From Candidatus Latescibacterota bacterium (GTDB lineage Bacteria; Latescibacterota; UBA2968; GCA-2709665), in the NCBI GenBank assembly GCA_965205485.1, contig OZ242180.1, forward strand, positions 409,292-473,291: a stretch of 64,000 nucleotides of DNA, read 5' to 3'. The translations under genes and the position numbers were made by a program. This document shows, piece by piece, positions 35,952 to 45,431 of the stretch (the first letter of the stretch is position 1; every line of letters begins with the position of its first letter). The notes below the pieces were generated by a model that was not told the origin of the DNA, made no database searches, and was given only the letters and a program-made list of their open reading frames with translations.

Positions 35952-37535
35952 ATGATTGGCCAGCAGAGTACAAATGGTTGGGACAGGGCGATTCGGAGTC
36001 GCAAGAGCGATCTGATCTCACGGTTGGAGTCCATCTACGGCAACAATGAAGACCTGATTGAAGAACGCCTCGGCGCCCTCCTGGAGACCGTGACTCAATT
36101 CGGAGAGACCTTCGGCGAGAGGGACGTCAGCTTTGTCAGGGCGCCGGGCAGGCTCAACACGGTGGGTATGCACGCCGACCACCGGGGCGCCTTCATCAAC
36201 CCGATTTCCCTCGACAAAGAGATACTCATCTGTTTCTCCCGAAGAGAAGATGACCGCGTGGAAGTCCGCAATCTGGACCCGGCCTATGGAGACCGTCGAT
36301 TCCGGTTGTCAGACATTTATCCGGAAGCGCCAATCCGTTCGGACGCCGAGTGGCTGGACTGGACGCAGGAGAAAACCGACGAACGCAAGGCCGCGGGTGT
36401 GAACGAAGACTGGATCACCAAGCTTCAGGCGCCGCCGGCCTACCTCTACACCCGATACCCCGCGAAGCGACTCCGCGGGTTCGACGGTGTCATGGGAAGC
36501 AGCCTGCCCGACATGGGTGGGCTGAGCTCTTCGTCCGCGGTCATTGTCGCGACCACCGAAATCATGACACAGATCAACGATATCGACCTGGACGACGGGC
36601 AGTTCGTGAGGTACGCGGGCACCGCGGAGTGGTACGTGGGCACCCGCGGGGGTTTCGGCGACCACGCAGCGATAAAATGCGGGCAACTTGGCAAAATCAC
36701 CCACATGAAGACCCTGCCGGAATTGATGATCGACGCCTATCTTCCGTTCCCGGACGGTTATCAAATCATCATCTTCGACTCGGGCATACAGGCGAACAAG
36801 ACCGGCGGCGCGGGGCAAAAATTCAACGAGAAGACGGCGACGTATGAAATTGGAGAGGTCTATCTCCGAAGCTATCTCGAAACGCACCACTCCGATGCGA
36901 TCCGGGGGGTAGTGGCGGCCAGGAAGGATCTGGATATCGAGAAAAAGTTCCACCTCGGCGACGTTATCGAATGTCTCGACCAACCCGAGATCTACGCGCT
37001 GATACAATCCTTGCCGGAACGGATCGACCAGCGTGAGCTCCTGCGCCAGCTACCGGACCAGGAAGCATTTCTCAAACAGCATTTCGCCACCCACGATGAA
37101 CCGGCCGGCGGCTACGAGATTCGCATGGTCATCGCGTACGGCATCGCCGAATCCGCGCGAAGCAGGAATCTCAAGGACGTCCTGAACAGGAACCGCGTGG
37201 ATCTGTACGGGCAACTGATGAACGTCTCCCATGACGGCGACCGCATCCACCTGGACGCGCCCCGATTCGACCCGGAGAAAGACCTGCACCTCCAACCGGG
37301 CGACTACAACTGCAGCATCCCCGAAATCGACGAGATGGTCGACCTTGCAATTGATGCGGGAGCGGTCGGTGCGCAGATTTCCGGCGCCGGTCTTGGAGGC
37401 AGCATGATGGTCCTCGTCGAATCAGGAGGCGTCGAAGGTATCGTCGAGGCCATGCGGGCGCGGTATTATCAACCCCGCGGGATCCTGGAAAGACTGACGG
37501 TCGCGTCTCCGGTTCAGGGGGCAGGGGTGTTGTAG
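35952..37535 (+). CDS. GHMP-family sugar kinase (galactokinase / N-acetylhexosamine- or heptose-kinase-like)
   Basis: APGRLNTVGMHADHRGAF (the galactokinase-type PGRVNLIGEHxDY motif), GHMP motif SSLPDMGGLSSSSA, and a C-terminal GAGLGGSMMVLV. Start at the ATG at 35952, preceded by an AGGA RBS. 527 aa. Confidence 0.75.
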   Translation: MIGQQSTNGWDRAIRSRKSDLISRLESIYGNNEDLIEERLGALLETVTQFGETFGERDVSFVRAPGRLNTVGMHADHRGAFINPISLDKEILICFSRREDDRVEVRNLDPAYGDRRFRLSDIYPEAPIRSDAEWLDWTQEKTDERKAAGVNEDWITKLQAPPAYLYTRYPAKRLRGFDGVMGSSLPDMGGLSSSSAVIVATTEIMTQINDIDLDDGQFVRYAGTAEWYVGTRGGFGDHAAIKCGQLGKITHMKTLPELMIDAYLPFPDGYQIIIFDSGIQANKTGGAGQKFNEKTATYEIGEVYLRSYLETHHSDAIRGVVAARKDLDIEKKFHLGDVIECLDQPEIYALIQSLPERIDQRELLRQLPDQEAFLKQHFATHDEPAGGYEIRMVIAYGIAESARSRNLKDVLNRNRVDLYGQLMNVSHDGDRIHLDAPRFDPEKDLHLQPGDYNCSIPEIDEMVDLAIDAGAVGAQISGAGLGGSMMVLVESGGVEGIVEAMRARYYQPRGILERLTVASPVQGAGVL

Positions 37536-37560
37536 AGTGTTGTCGCGCACGGTCGAAAAC

Positions 37561-37593
37561 AAAAAAGGAGCCGGAAATTCCGGCTCCTTTTTT
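37561..37593. terminator. Bidirectional rho-independent terminator AAAAAAGGAGCCGG-aaatt-CCGGCTCCTTTTTT
   Basis: Perfect 10-bp stem with A- and T-runs, between convergent genes ending at 37535 (+) and 37615 (-). The same hairpin core recurs at 43003..43037. Confidence 0.7.
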
Positions 37594-37614
37594 GTTTTGC
37601 CAACCCGGCTGCGA

Positions 37615-40600
37615 TTACTTGAGCAACATCAACCGCCTGGTGCCCTGAAACTTACCCGCAACCGAGATCCGATAGAAGTAAATTCCACTCGAAACCGATA
37701 CGCCGCGGTCGTCCATACCGCTCCACTGCACCGTATACCGTCCGGGCGCCTGGCGCTCGCGCACCAGCGTTCGAATTTCCTGACCCAGCAGGTTGTAGAT
37801 CCTGAGTAACACGTCGCCGCCTTCAGCCAGGTCGTACGGAATGTTGGTCTGCGGGTTGAACGGATTCGGATAGTTCTGGTGCAGCGCGAACTCCGTGGGT
37901 GTGCTCTGCACGTCCAGCGCGCCAAGCGTCACCACCGGGTTCTGCAGCTGATTCCCGTCGAACACCACGCCCTGTGCGATCTCGAAGCGGGCGACCTCCT
38001 CGAACTCTCTCAGAACCTGGAACGTGAAGGTCACCAGGGCGCCTTCGCCGCTCACCGTTCCCGACTCGGTAATGAGGTTCACCACCGAGACCCGACCCTC
38101 TTCAGGCCAGTTCCTGAACAGCGGCGTCTCACCCCCCTCGGACTTCAGCAGATCGTTGTCGGCGGGTACGGCGCTGACGAACTCAAACTTGTCAGCGTCA
38201 TACATCAGCTCCAGACCGTAGCCGTTTAGCGATTTGGCGTTGGCCATGGACACCGTCAACGAAATCGTCTCGCCAACCAGCACCTTGTCGCCGGCCAACT
38301 CGAGCGTCATCTCCGTATCGGCGTTCGCACCCGGACGCCGCGGAACCACCGCCAGCTTGCTGCCGGCAGGCAACACCGCCGTGCGACCGAATGTCGCTGC
38401 CGCCGCTACGAAGTCCGCGAAGTTGATCACGCCGTCGTCGTTCACGTCGGCCTGCGGGTTGTAGTTTTTATCGCCCTTCCGGCTGCCGAAGGCCGCACCG
38501 AAGGTGACGAAGTCCTCAAAGTCGACCTCGATGCTGCCGCCTTGCGCAGGCAGCGCCATCAGGTAGACGGGATCCCCGTTGGCGTCCACGAAGGACACAC
38601 GGACGGAGATGCCTGTAACCGTGATCAGATCGCTCATCGCGACGTTGTTATCGTCGAATGCGTCGATGCGATAAACCAGCGAGCTTACGCCGTCCGGCAG
38701 GTGGTCGTCGGTGAACCGGTTGGATCCCGGAGCCAGCGTGGCGATCTGCTTGAGGCCGTCGGCAGAAGCGCCTCGCATCACCGTGTAGCCCTTCACACCC
38801 AGGATCGGGACGTTGTAGCCGTTATACGGAATGGAGCCAACAACATGATCGCTGGCCGAGGCCGTCCACCGCAGCACCACACCGCCTGCGCCTTCACCGG
38901 AAGCGTCGGTAACCGCGGCGGGAGCGATGTCGTCAATGGCTGCCACCGGCTCCTCCGTGGCCGTGCGGGCGGACGACAGAAAACTGCCCGCGGACGCATG
39001 GCCGGCGGTCCGGATGTTGGCCGGAATATTGGCGCTGCCGATCAGCCCGCTCACGTCGGGATTCGCCGGCGCGAAGATGACATTCTTCCGATCGCCAATG
39101 AGCGCCTTGACGTAGTCTTCAGGCGCGTTGAACCGATCGTTCAGCTCTTCGTCCGTCAGAAGCTCCGCCTCGGGCATACCCAGCAACTGCACCGTCTGCC
39201 GGATGCTCTCCTTCGTGAACACGCGCTTGCCGGCCGTGGTCACCTCGGATTCTCCCGTACCGGTCACCGCCGTGACGCCCCAGTTGGTGGCCACGTTGTC
39301 AATTGCGGGAACGATCACGGTCTGCATGTCGCCGCCCGCGTCGCCCATTTCGTCACCGGCGTCAGCCGAGAAGCTGACCCTCGTCCACTCCATCCACTCC
39401 ATCCTGGGCGCTTCCAGATCCACAAGATTGCCATCTTCATCCGTGGTCTGCGTGACCTCAACTTCACGCTCGATCCGGTAGTGAGTCACCGCATCGTGCT
39501 GCGCGGAGTTCGGGAAGCTGACCACGACAATGCCGCCCTGGTCGCCCTGCCCGTCCGCGCCCCTGTAGTCCTGCACCACGATATTGGCCGGCGCTGCAGG
39601 CGCGCCCGGATCCGGGCCGTCTCCGTCGCCGGATACGATGCTGACCGTTACGCTGCCCGCGAGGGCGCCGGTTGTCGCGTCGTCGCCCGTTCCGGTTTCA
39701 TAATCCTCTGCAACGGTCCTGACGCTGATCGTCGCGCTGCCGCCCGCGTCGGAGGCCACCGCCCCGTACGTGGCCCCTTCGATGCCGGTCACCATCTGCT
39801 GGCCGGAAGGCACGGTCACCGCGGCATTGCTGGACGCGAAGGTGAAGGCAATCGATTCATAATCCTTCGAGTCCGTATTGTTGTCAATCCTCAAACTGGG
39901 GTTGGCGAACGAGTCGGTCGGTACCACGTGGACCGAAAACGCACCGGCCACGTTCTCAGTCGAGATCTCATCCTCGATGGCCGTGAGGGTGAACTTCGAA
40001 AACTCCGCGACCTCGATGTTGATCGGCTTGGCCGCCTGGCCGCTGATACGCAGCGTGTAGGCACCGGTGGCGGGATCGTAGTCGCCCTCGGCCGCGTACA
40101 GGATCACGCCGGTGAGCGGCTTCTCGGACTTGAACTTGACGGTCCGCGAACCCGCGTGCCAGCCGTCGCCGTTCAGGATGGCGGCCTTCGCCACCATCCC
40201 CAGGGCGGCCAACTCGGCGGGTAGCGCGAACCCGGGCGCCGGAGACACGCCGGCGCCGCTGAAGCTCGCGGCTTCAAGCGCTTCGGCCTGGTCGCCGGAA
40301 ACGATCGCGGCCAGCGCTGACGGCGTGTGATACGTCACCGCCCGAACGTCGGCGGCGTCACTATTCTGTTCCTTTTCGATACGTGTCAGCGTCGTGTCGA
40401 GCACGGACAGCGATATGGCGACGTCCACGCCGGCGACTTGCTTCTCTTCCAGATCAGGATCCGGCACAACCTTGAACATATCGGCGTCCGGATTCCCGAA
40501 ACGCTCGGTGAACGTGAGCGTACCGCCGTCCGCCATTCTGACGTTACCCGCCAGGTCGAACGCCAGAATTTGCAGATGATACCGCTGGCTCTCGACGAAG

Positions 40601-42465
40601 CTGGTATCGTCTACCGGCCAGGTGACCAGTTCGTCCACCGTTTCCAGCCGGACGTGTCCGGGTCCCCAGGCCTGCACGATGGCCGGCCCGCCGCCCTCCT
40701 CGTGATAACGTATGGACAGCGAATCCAGCTCTTCATTGATCTGGAAGACCGGATTCTTGGTGGTCAGGTTGATTGTGGGCGCGTCCTCGTTGTCCGCGTC
40801 CCCGGGCGCGGTCGGGGCTATTTCTTCGCCGTCAGCGCCCGCCAGGCCGGATCCCGTGGGGAACAGATTGCTGATCGTCGGAGCCTTCCAGTCGTACCGA
40901 ATGCCCGATAGGCTCATCTCGGACGCGTTGCCGAGGCTGTCCCAGACCTCGATCTTCAGGTCGTTTTGTACACCGCCAGGTTCGTCGTATCGCCAGAAAA
41001 TCCGCGGCTCGTATGCGGTAGTTGTTGCGCGATCGTAGTCTTTCTGGGTAGGTGGCAGACCCTCGTCAGTAGAGGTGGCCGGATCATCGGTACTACCTTG
41101 ACTGTACGTGCTGTCTCCATGGGTAATTATGACCGAATCGGGCACTTCACTCAAATCAATCCTTAGATTTTTTCCTGTATAAAACACCCTTCTTGCCTGC
41201 TCACCCGGCAATGGAATGTAGTTGCCGATGGTCCTCCCGAGAATCGCGATCAGAGGATCGTGCGATCCGGCCGCGATACTATCGGGATTGGGATAACTGA
41301 CCGTTATCGTCGGCGCGGTCGCGTCTCCGATAATCGGGACGTTTGTCGCGGTTGTCGCATCGGCTGCGACTGTCGGGAATGCCGTATCGGCTGCGAGAAC
41401 GCCATCGGTCCCGTGGAGGACTTTCCAATCGGCAGCGGCGGGCGCCGTAGCCGTACCGCCCACGTTACCGGCTTCGTCCACGAGATAAGCGAAGAGTTCG
41501 AGCCGCTGATTGTCCGCAAACTGCCCCGCTTCAATTTTCGTCTCAGCGCTCGGATTCGGGCTGTACAGCCTGTCCCCGCGCAGCGTGACCTTCAACCGCG
41601 CATCGTCCCTGAAAGCGGCGGCTCTCGCCCCTTCCTCATTACCGACAAAGGGGCGATCCGATTCCTGCAGGGCCAGGATCGAGTCTGTGGGCACAAGGCC
41701 TACCTCGATCCTGTCCGCCCTCGCGCCCAGAATCGAGGCGGTATTCAGTTTCAGCACCGCTTTGAATACCTTGTCTGTGATGATCTGGATCTCTCGGACG
41801 AGTTCCGGGTTGCCGCCCGTCGTATCGGTCAGTACGGTGTTTAACCCGGCCAGGTCCAGATCGATACTCGTAAATACGCCTGCATGAATCGGGCGAGCGC
41901 CGTCGACGCCGAAGAGTACCCCGTCACCCACGCGTGTGGCGCCGAAACCGGCGGTTGCGGGCGTGATCTTCCGGTTCCTCATCAGGTTGTTCAAGGGTTC
42001 TTCGTTGTCCGGATCCACCACAACCTTCAAGGCGTGGTTGGTGGCGCTCTCCAGACCGGCGTTGGCGACAACACCAATCTTGACCTTGAAAGTATCGACG
42101 CCTGACGTCGCACCGTCGCCCTTTACGATCTGATCCGTGTCGGTTGTTCCATTATAATTGTAACTGTAATACACCTTGGTCGCAAAATCGCTGGCGACAG
42201 TGGTGATATCAACGCCTGTGGCGGTCTCACTGACGCTGGAGTCGATCACCGCCAGTTGGAAACCCTGATCGAGCCGGCCGTCGTAGCACAGGACCCGAAC
42301 TCTGATCGTATCACCGATCGCGGCCCATTCATTGGCCTTCGGCGTGTCGACGCGAATCAGGATACCCGGCGTGGCGGCCACCTCAACCTGCGCCGGGGCT
42401 GCACCAACCATTCCGAAAACCAGCAGAAGCGCTATACTTAGACCTGAAACTGTCCTTAACAGCAT
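37615..42465 (-). CDS. Giant secreted T9SS cargo protein (1616 aa): many Ig/Big-like beta-sandwich repeats, dockerin-like module, cohesin-like domain, C-terminal T9SS (Por secretion) sorting domain
   Basis: Signal peptide MLLRTVSGLSIALLLVFGMVGAAPAQ. C-terminal NYPNPFNPQTNIPYDL...VLLRIYNLLGQEIRTLV...GIYFYRISVAGKFQGTRRLMLLK is the canonical T9SS type-A CTD. DVNDDGVINFADFVAAAATFG is dockerin-type. TEMTLELAGDKVLVGETISLTVSMANAKSLNGYGLELMYDADKFEFVS...GEGALVTFTFQVL has a cohesin-like pattern. Confidence 0.85.
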   Translation of the reverse strand: MLLRTVSGLSIALLLVFGMVGAAPAQVEVAATPGILIRVDTPKANEWAAIGDTIRVRVLCYDGRLDQGFQLAVIDSSVSETATGVDITTVASDFATKVYYSYNYNGTTDTDQIVKGDGATSGVDTFKVKIGVVANAGLESATNHALKVVVDPDNEEPLNNLMRNRKITPATAGFGATRVGDGVLFGVDGARPIHAGVFTSIDLDLAGLNTVLTDTTGGNPELVREIQIITDKVFKAVLKLNTASILGARADRIEVGLVPTDSILALQESDRPFVGNEEGARAAAFRDDARLKVTLRGDRLYSPNPSAETKIEAGQFADNQRLELFAYLVDEAGNVGGTATAPAAADWKVLHGTDGVLAADTAFPTVAADATTATNVPIIGDATAPTITVSYPNPDSIAAGSHDPLIAILGRTIGNYIPLPGEQARRVFYTGKNLRIDLSEVPDSVIITHGDSTYSQGSTDDPATSTDEGLPPTQKDYDRATTTAYEPRIFWRYDEPGGVQNDLKIEVWDSLGNASEMSLSGIRYDWKAPTISNLFPTGSGLAGADGEEIAPTAPGDADNEDAPTINLTTKNPVFQINEELDSLSIRYHEEGGGPAIVQAWGPGHVRLETVDELVTWPVDDTSFVESQRYHLQILAFDLAGNVRMADGGTLTFTERFGNPDADMFKVVPDPDLEEKQVAGVDVAISLSVLDTTLTRIEKEQNSDAADVRAVTYHTPSALAAIVSGDQAEALEAASFSGAGVSPAPGFALPAELAALGMVAKAAILNGDGWHAGSRTVKFKSEKPLTGVILYAAEGDYDPATGAYTLRISGQAAKPINIEVAEFSKFTLTAIEDEISTENVAGAFSVHVVPTDSFANPSLRIDNNTDSKDYESIAFTFASSNAAVTVPSGQQMVTGIEGATYGAVASDAGGSATISVRTVAEDYETGTGDDATTGALAGSVTVSIVSGDGDGPDPGAPAAPANIVVQDYRGADGQGDQGGIVVVSFPNSAQHDAVTHYRIEREVEVTQTTDEDGNLVDLEAPRMEWMEWTRVSFSADAGDEMGDAGGDMQTVIVPAIDNVATNWGVTAVTGTGESEVTTAGKRVFTKESIRQTVQLLGMPEAELLTDEELNDRFNAPEDYVKALIGDRKNVIFAPANPDVSGLIGSANIPANIRTAGHASAGSFLSSARTATEEPVAAIDDIAPAAVTDASGEGAGGVVLRWTASASDHVVGSIPYNGYNVPILGVKGYTVMRGASADGLKQIATLAPGSNRFTDDHLPDGVSSLVYRIDAFDDNNVAMSDLITVTGISVRVSFVDANGDPVYLMALPAQGGSIEVDFEDFVTFGAAFGSRKGDKNYNPQADVNDDGVINFADFVAAAATFGRTAVLPAGSKLAVVPRRPGANADTEMTLELAGDKVLVGETISLTVSMANAKSLNGYGLELMYDADKFEFVSAVPADNDLLKSEGGETPLFRNWPEEGRVSVVNLITESGTVSGEGALVTFTFQVLREFEEVARFEIAQGVVFDGNQLQNPVVTLGALDVQSTPTEFALHQNYPNPFNPQTNIPYDLAEGGDVLLRIYNLLGQEIRTLVRERQAPGRYTVQWSGMDDRGVSVSSGIYFYRISVAGKFQGTRRLMLLK

Positions 42466-42779
42466 TGCTCACCTCCATGTGAAACAGGACGTTTGGATTT
42501 ACACTCTTTGAACCTCTCTTACCAGGCTGAATCAAGACCTCTGCATCTGCGAGGCAGCCTCGGGAAAGCGACGGCGACTCTCCGGGAGCGGCCGCAGAAT
42601 CCCTTCTACACCCGCTCTGCCGGTTCCCGCGTCTACCTGCGTCAAGGAGGCCCATACCGGATATAGTGGGAGCGGCAGGGCAACGTCGGCCTCGGTTGCC
42701 ACCTGCGCCGGCGGCCGCCCTCGCGGGGGAGGTTGGTCACCTGCGGCAAAGCCCGCTTGACCGCTCCCACGACACAATG

Positions 42780-42900
42780 TTCACAAATAGCGAGTTTCAA
42801 TCGTTGTATATATGTGATATAGAAACATATGAGTTCTCATATTATACATATTCTCATGTAAATATCATAACTTAAATCTGAGTCGCCACTTCGGACGTGT
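42780..42900. promoter_or_regulatory. AT-rich island (promoter region) ~330-430 nt upstream of the giant T9SS gene, implying a long 5' leader
   Basis: Local GC drops sharply (ATATATGTGATATAGAAACATATGAGTTCTCATATTATACATATTCTCATGTAAATATCATAAC), with multiple -10-like hexamers on the minus strand. An analogous island sits at 28570..28690 upstream of the other minus-strand giant gene. Confidence 0.4.
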
Positions 42901-43002
42901 CAAGCAGGAAGGTTTGTTCAGAAGTCCAAAAATTGTCTTGGGATACTTTTTCTTGTGTATGGAGGTGCGGACGGGAGTGTTTCGGGAGCGTCACATTTTG
43001 AC

Positions 43003-43037
43003 AAAAAAAAAGAGCCGGAAATTCCGGCTCCTTTTTG
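43003..43037 (-). terminator. Rho-independent terminator closing the minus-strand methyltransferase operon
   Basis: AAAAAAAAAGAGCCGG-aaatt-CCGGCTCCTTTTT, downstream of the CDS ending at 43065 on the minus strand. Confidence 0.6.
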
Positions 43038-43064
43038 TTCGGTCCAACCCGAGTTGGCTCTCTA

Positions 43065-43334
43065 TTATTTACCGCCCTGATCGTCGTAAGTCCGTTCAAG
43101 CTCCTCTGCAACGGACAGCAGGACCGTCTGCGGGTCCCCCGGACGTTCCCGCCGCTCACTCCACTGCCAGTGGGCCAGGTATGCGTCTGTTCCGGTCAGT
43201 CCCTCCACCATCGCTCGGCGGTCGATCGCCTCCTGAAATTCCGGAGGCATCTGCCGCGCAACCCGACGCTTGCCGTCGAAGACCCGCACCTGCGCGGGGA
43301 TGTCCTTCCAGTACAACACCTGGTATTCGGCCAC
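43065..43334 (-). CDS. Small conserved protein (89 aa), last gene of the methyltransferase operon. Possibly the Pfam 'virulence factor' family that often accompanies corrinoid-MT/MTHFR genes; this family assignment is from memory and not verified.
   Basis: MAEYQVLYWKDIPAQVRVFDG...AYLAHWQW. Positioned 3 nt downstream of the Hcy-MT gene. Confidence 0.45.
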   Translation of the reverse strand: MAEYQVLYWKDIPAQVRVFDGKRRVARQMPPEFQEAIDRRAMVEGLTGTDAYLAHWQWSERRERPGDPQTVLLSVAEELERTYDDQGGK

Positions 43335-43337
43335 CGG

Positions 43338-44348
43338 TCATCCTTTCCGTTGTCTCCCGTTCATCATCCCGTGGAAGGCCCGGATATGCGACGGCCCGGT
43401 CCCGCAACAGCCTCCGATGATGGCGGCGCCGGCGACGATCAACTCGGGGACGGCCCGTGCCATGTCCTCGGCGGTCTGGGAATAAGTCGTCCGTCCTGTC
43501 TCTCGCTCCAGTTTCGGGAGCCCCGCGTTGGGATAGGCCATCAGCCTGATCCCCTGGACTCCCCGCGACACCATTGCGTCTCTGAACTGCCGGATTCCGT
43601 TGATCGCGTAAGCCATCCCCGTATGTTCCACCCGCCGGGTCTCCGCTCCGCAATTCATCCCGACGATCCCTACGTGCTCCAGCAGATTGTCACCGTCCGA
43701 AAACTCGCCGGAACCCAGGAAATCCAGGAGATCGCCCGGCGAATGCCCCCAGTCCGTCCGGTAGATCACCTCGCCTGTTTTCCGGTCCTTCGTGTACTTG
43801 CACGTGAGATTGATCGCGACGGGCAATCCGGTCTTCCGGGCCACGTCAGCCGCAATGGCGGCCTCTTTTGCGGAAAACATGGTCTCGATGCAGATCAGAT
43901 CCACCCCGGCCTGCGCGAGCGCATGGATGACCTGCTCGTGCGCATCCCTTACCTTCACGTCCGCGATGCCGAAGTCGATATCCCCCGCGTCCGACTCGAT
44001 AGCCCCGGGAGACGGTCCGACGGATCCCGCGATATAGACTGCCCTGTCGCTTTTTTCGACCGCCGTTTTCGCGTGTTCCACGGCCAGCCTGGCAATCTTT
44101 CCGGCATCGTTCGCGGCTTTCCCGGCCATTTCCAGGTGAAGCGGCGAAGCGACGAAGGTGTTGGTGCCGATGACGTCGGTTCCCGCTTCAATATAGGCGG
44201 CATGAATATCGACCACCGCAGCCGGGTGCAATTCATTCGCGAGCGCACTGTTCGTCAGTTCGATGCGCCCCTTGAACAACTCCGAACCGAATCCCCCGTC
44301 GTAAACCATAGGCCGGGCGTCTTCCATCCGATCGAGAAATTCCTTCAT
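43338..44348 (-). CDS. Homocysteine S-methyltransferase-domain protein (stand-alone MetH-type Hcy-binding domain)
   Basis: MVYDGGFGSEL..., ...IGTNTF..., C-terminal ...AAIIGGCCGTGPSHIRAF (the MetH GGCCGTTPEHI Zn/Hcy motif). Start at the internal ATG with a GGGGAGAAG RBS. 336 aa. Confidence 0.75.
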   Translation of the reverse strand: MKEFLDRMEDARPMVYDGGFGSELFKGRIELTNSALANELHPAAVVDIHAAYIEAGTDVIGTNTFVASPLHLEMAGKAANDAGKIARLAVEHAKTAVEKSDRAVYIAGSVGPSPGAIESDAGDIDFGIADVKVRDAHEQVIHALAQAGVDLICIETMFSAKEAAIAADVARKTGLPVAINLTCKYTKDRKTGEVIYRTDWGHSPGDLLDFLGSGEFSDGDNLLEHVGIVGMNCGAETRRVEHTGMAYAINGIRQFRDAMVSRGVQGIRLMAYPNAGLPKLERETGRTTYSQTAEDMARAVPELIVAGAAIIGGCCGTGPSHIRAFHGMMNGRQRKG

Positions 44349-44374
44349 CTTCTCCCCTGTTCCCCCCTTGAGCG

Positions 44375-45421
44375 TTAACGGTAAGCGTCCAGCGCACCCT
44401 TCCGATACGCACGCAAAAATGCCTTGCACATGCGGTCCCTGCCCAGAAGCATGTCTTCCGCTATCCGGTACGGTTCCGTGTCCCGGTCCATGGTGAAAAC
44501 GCGCTGCGGGCTGCTGGTTACCGGGTCGACAAGCCCGCTGTCCGCCCCGGCCTCGACGGCCAGAATGGTGAACACGTCGTTGATCAGGCGCCGGCACGGC
44601 AGCCCGAATGAAACGTTGCTGAACCCGCCGGTGACGTGAATCCCGGGGCCGAATCTCGCGCGAAGCCTGCGAATCGCCTCGAAGCAGTGGTTGCCGAAAC
44701 CGCCGTCCACCGATATCGGAAAGACCAGGGCATCCACGAAAACATCCTCGATCCCGATCCCCCTCGACAACGCCGCGTCCACCATCCGGGACGCGTTTTC
44801 GACCCGCTCCTCCGCGTCCTGGGGCATACCGCTCTCGCCGGCGGCCGTCACGACAACCCTGGCGTTGAACCTCAAGGCCAGGTCCAGCGCCTCCAGGCGC
44901 TCCAGCGATGCCGAGTTCAGCAGCGGCCGTCCAGCCCCGCCGTTGCAGGCCCCGAGTCCTTCTTCAATGGTCTCCACATTGGAGGAGTCAACGGATATCG
45001 GAACGGGGCTTACCTCCTGAACGGCGCCCACCAGCCATCGCATGGCCTTCTTCTGTTCGTCCAGTCGCAGTGAGACCTCGTCTACGTTCAGGTCCAGGTA
45101 GTCCGCCCCCGCTTCCACCTGGCGCTGAATCATCCGGTGCAGGTACGCCAGCCCGTCGTCCGCCTGTGGCGCAAGGCCGGACATCGCCGCCTGCACCGCG
45201 ATCTTGACGTACTTGACGCGCCCTTCTTCGTAGTCCTGCGTCCGCTTGAAATCGTCGGGAATGGTCAGGAAGCGCCGCCTCTTGCGGGTGTCGTAATAGC
45301 GGACCGCTTCCACCCCATCGGGGTTCTTCACGACGAGTCGTCCCTTTCTCAGGACAATCCGTGTCGTGTGGATGTTCTCACCGATGACGATGAACTCGCC
45401 GTCCCGACCCTCCAGTTTCAT
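44375..45421 (-). CDS. Pterin-binding (DHPS-like) methyltransferase: methyl-H4folate:corrinoid methyltransferase (MetH pterin domain / AcsE / MtrH-like)
   Basis: VIGENIH, VPISVDSSN, NGGAGRPLLNSASL, VVTAAGE, GGFSNVSFGLP all align with conserved blocks of the MetH pterin-binding domain. 348 aa. Confidence 0.75.
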   Translation of the reverse strand: MKLEGRDGEFIVIGENIHTTRIVLRKGRLVVKNPDGVEAVRYYDTRKRRRFLTIPDDFKRTQDYEEGRVKYVKIAVQAAMSGLAPQADDGLAYLHRMIQRQVEAGADYLDLNVDEVSLRLDEQKKAMRWLVGAVQEVSPVPISVDSSNVETIEEGLGACNGGAGRPLLNSASLERLEALDLALRFNARVVVTAAGESGMPQDAEERVENASRMVDAALSRGIGIEDVFVDALVFPISVDGGFGNHCFEAIRRLRARFGPGIHVTGGFSNVSFGLPCRRLINDVFTILAVEAGADSGLVDPVTSSPQRVFTMDRDTEPYRIAEDMLLGRDRMCKAFLRAYRKGALDAYR

Positions 45422-45431
45422 CGTATACCCC

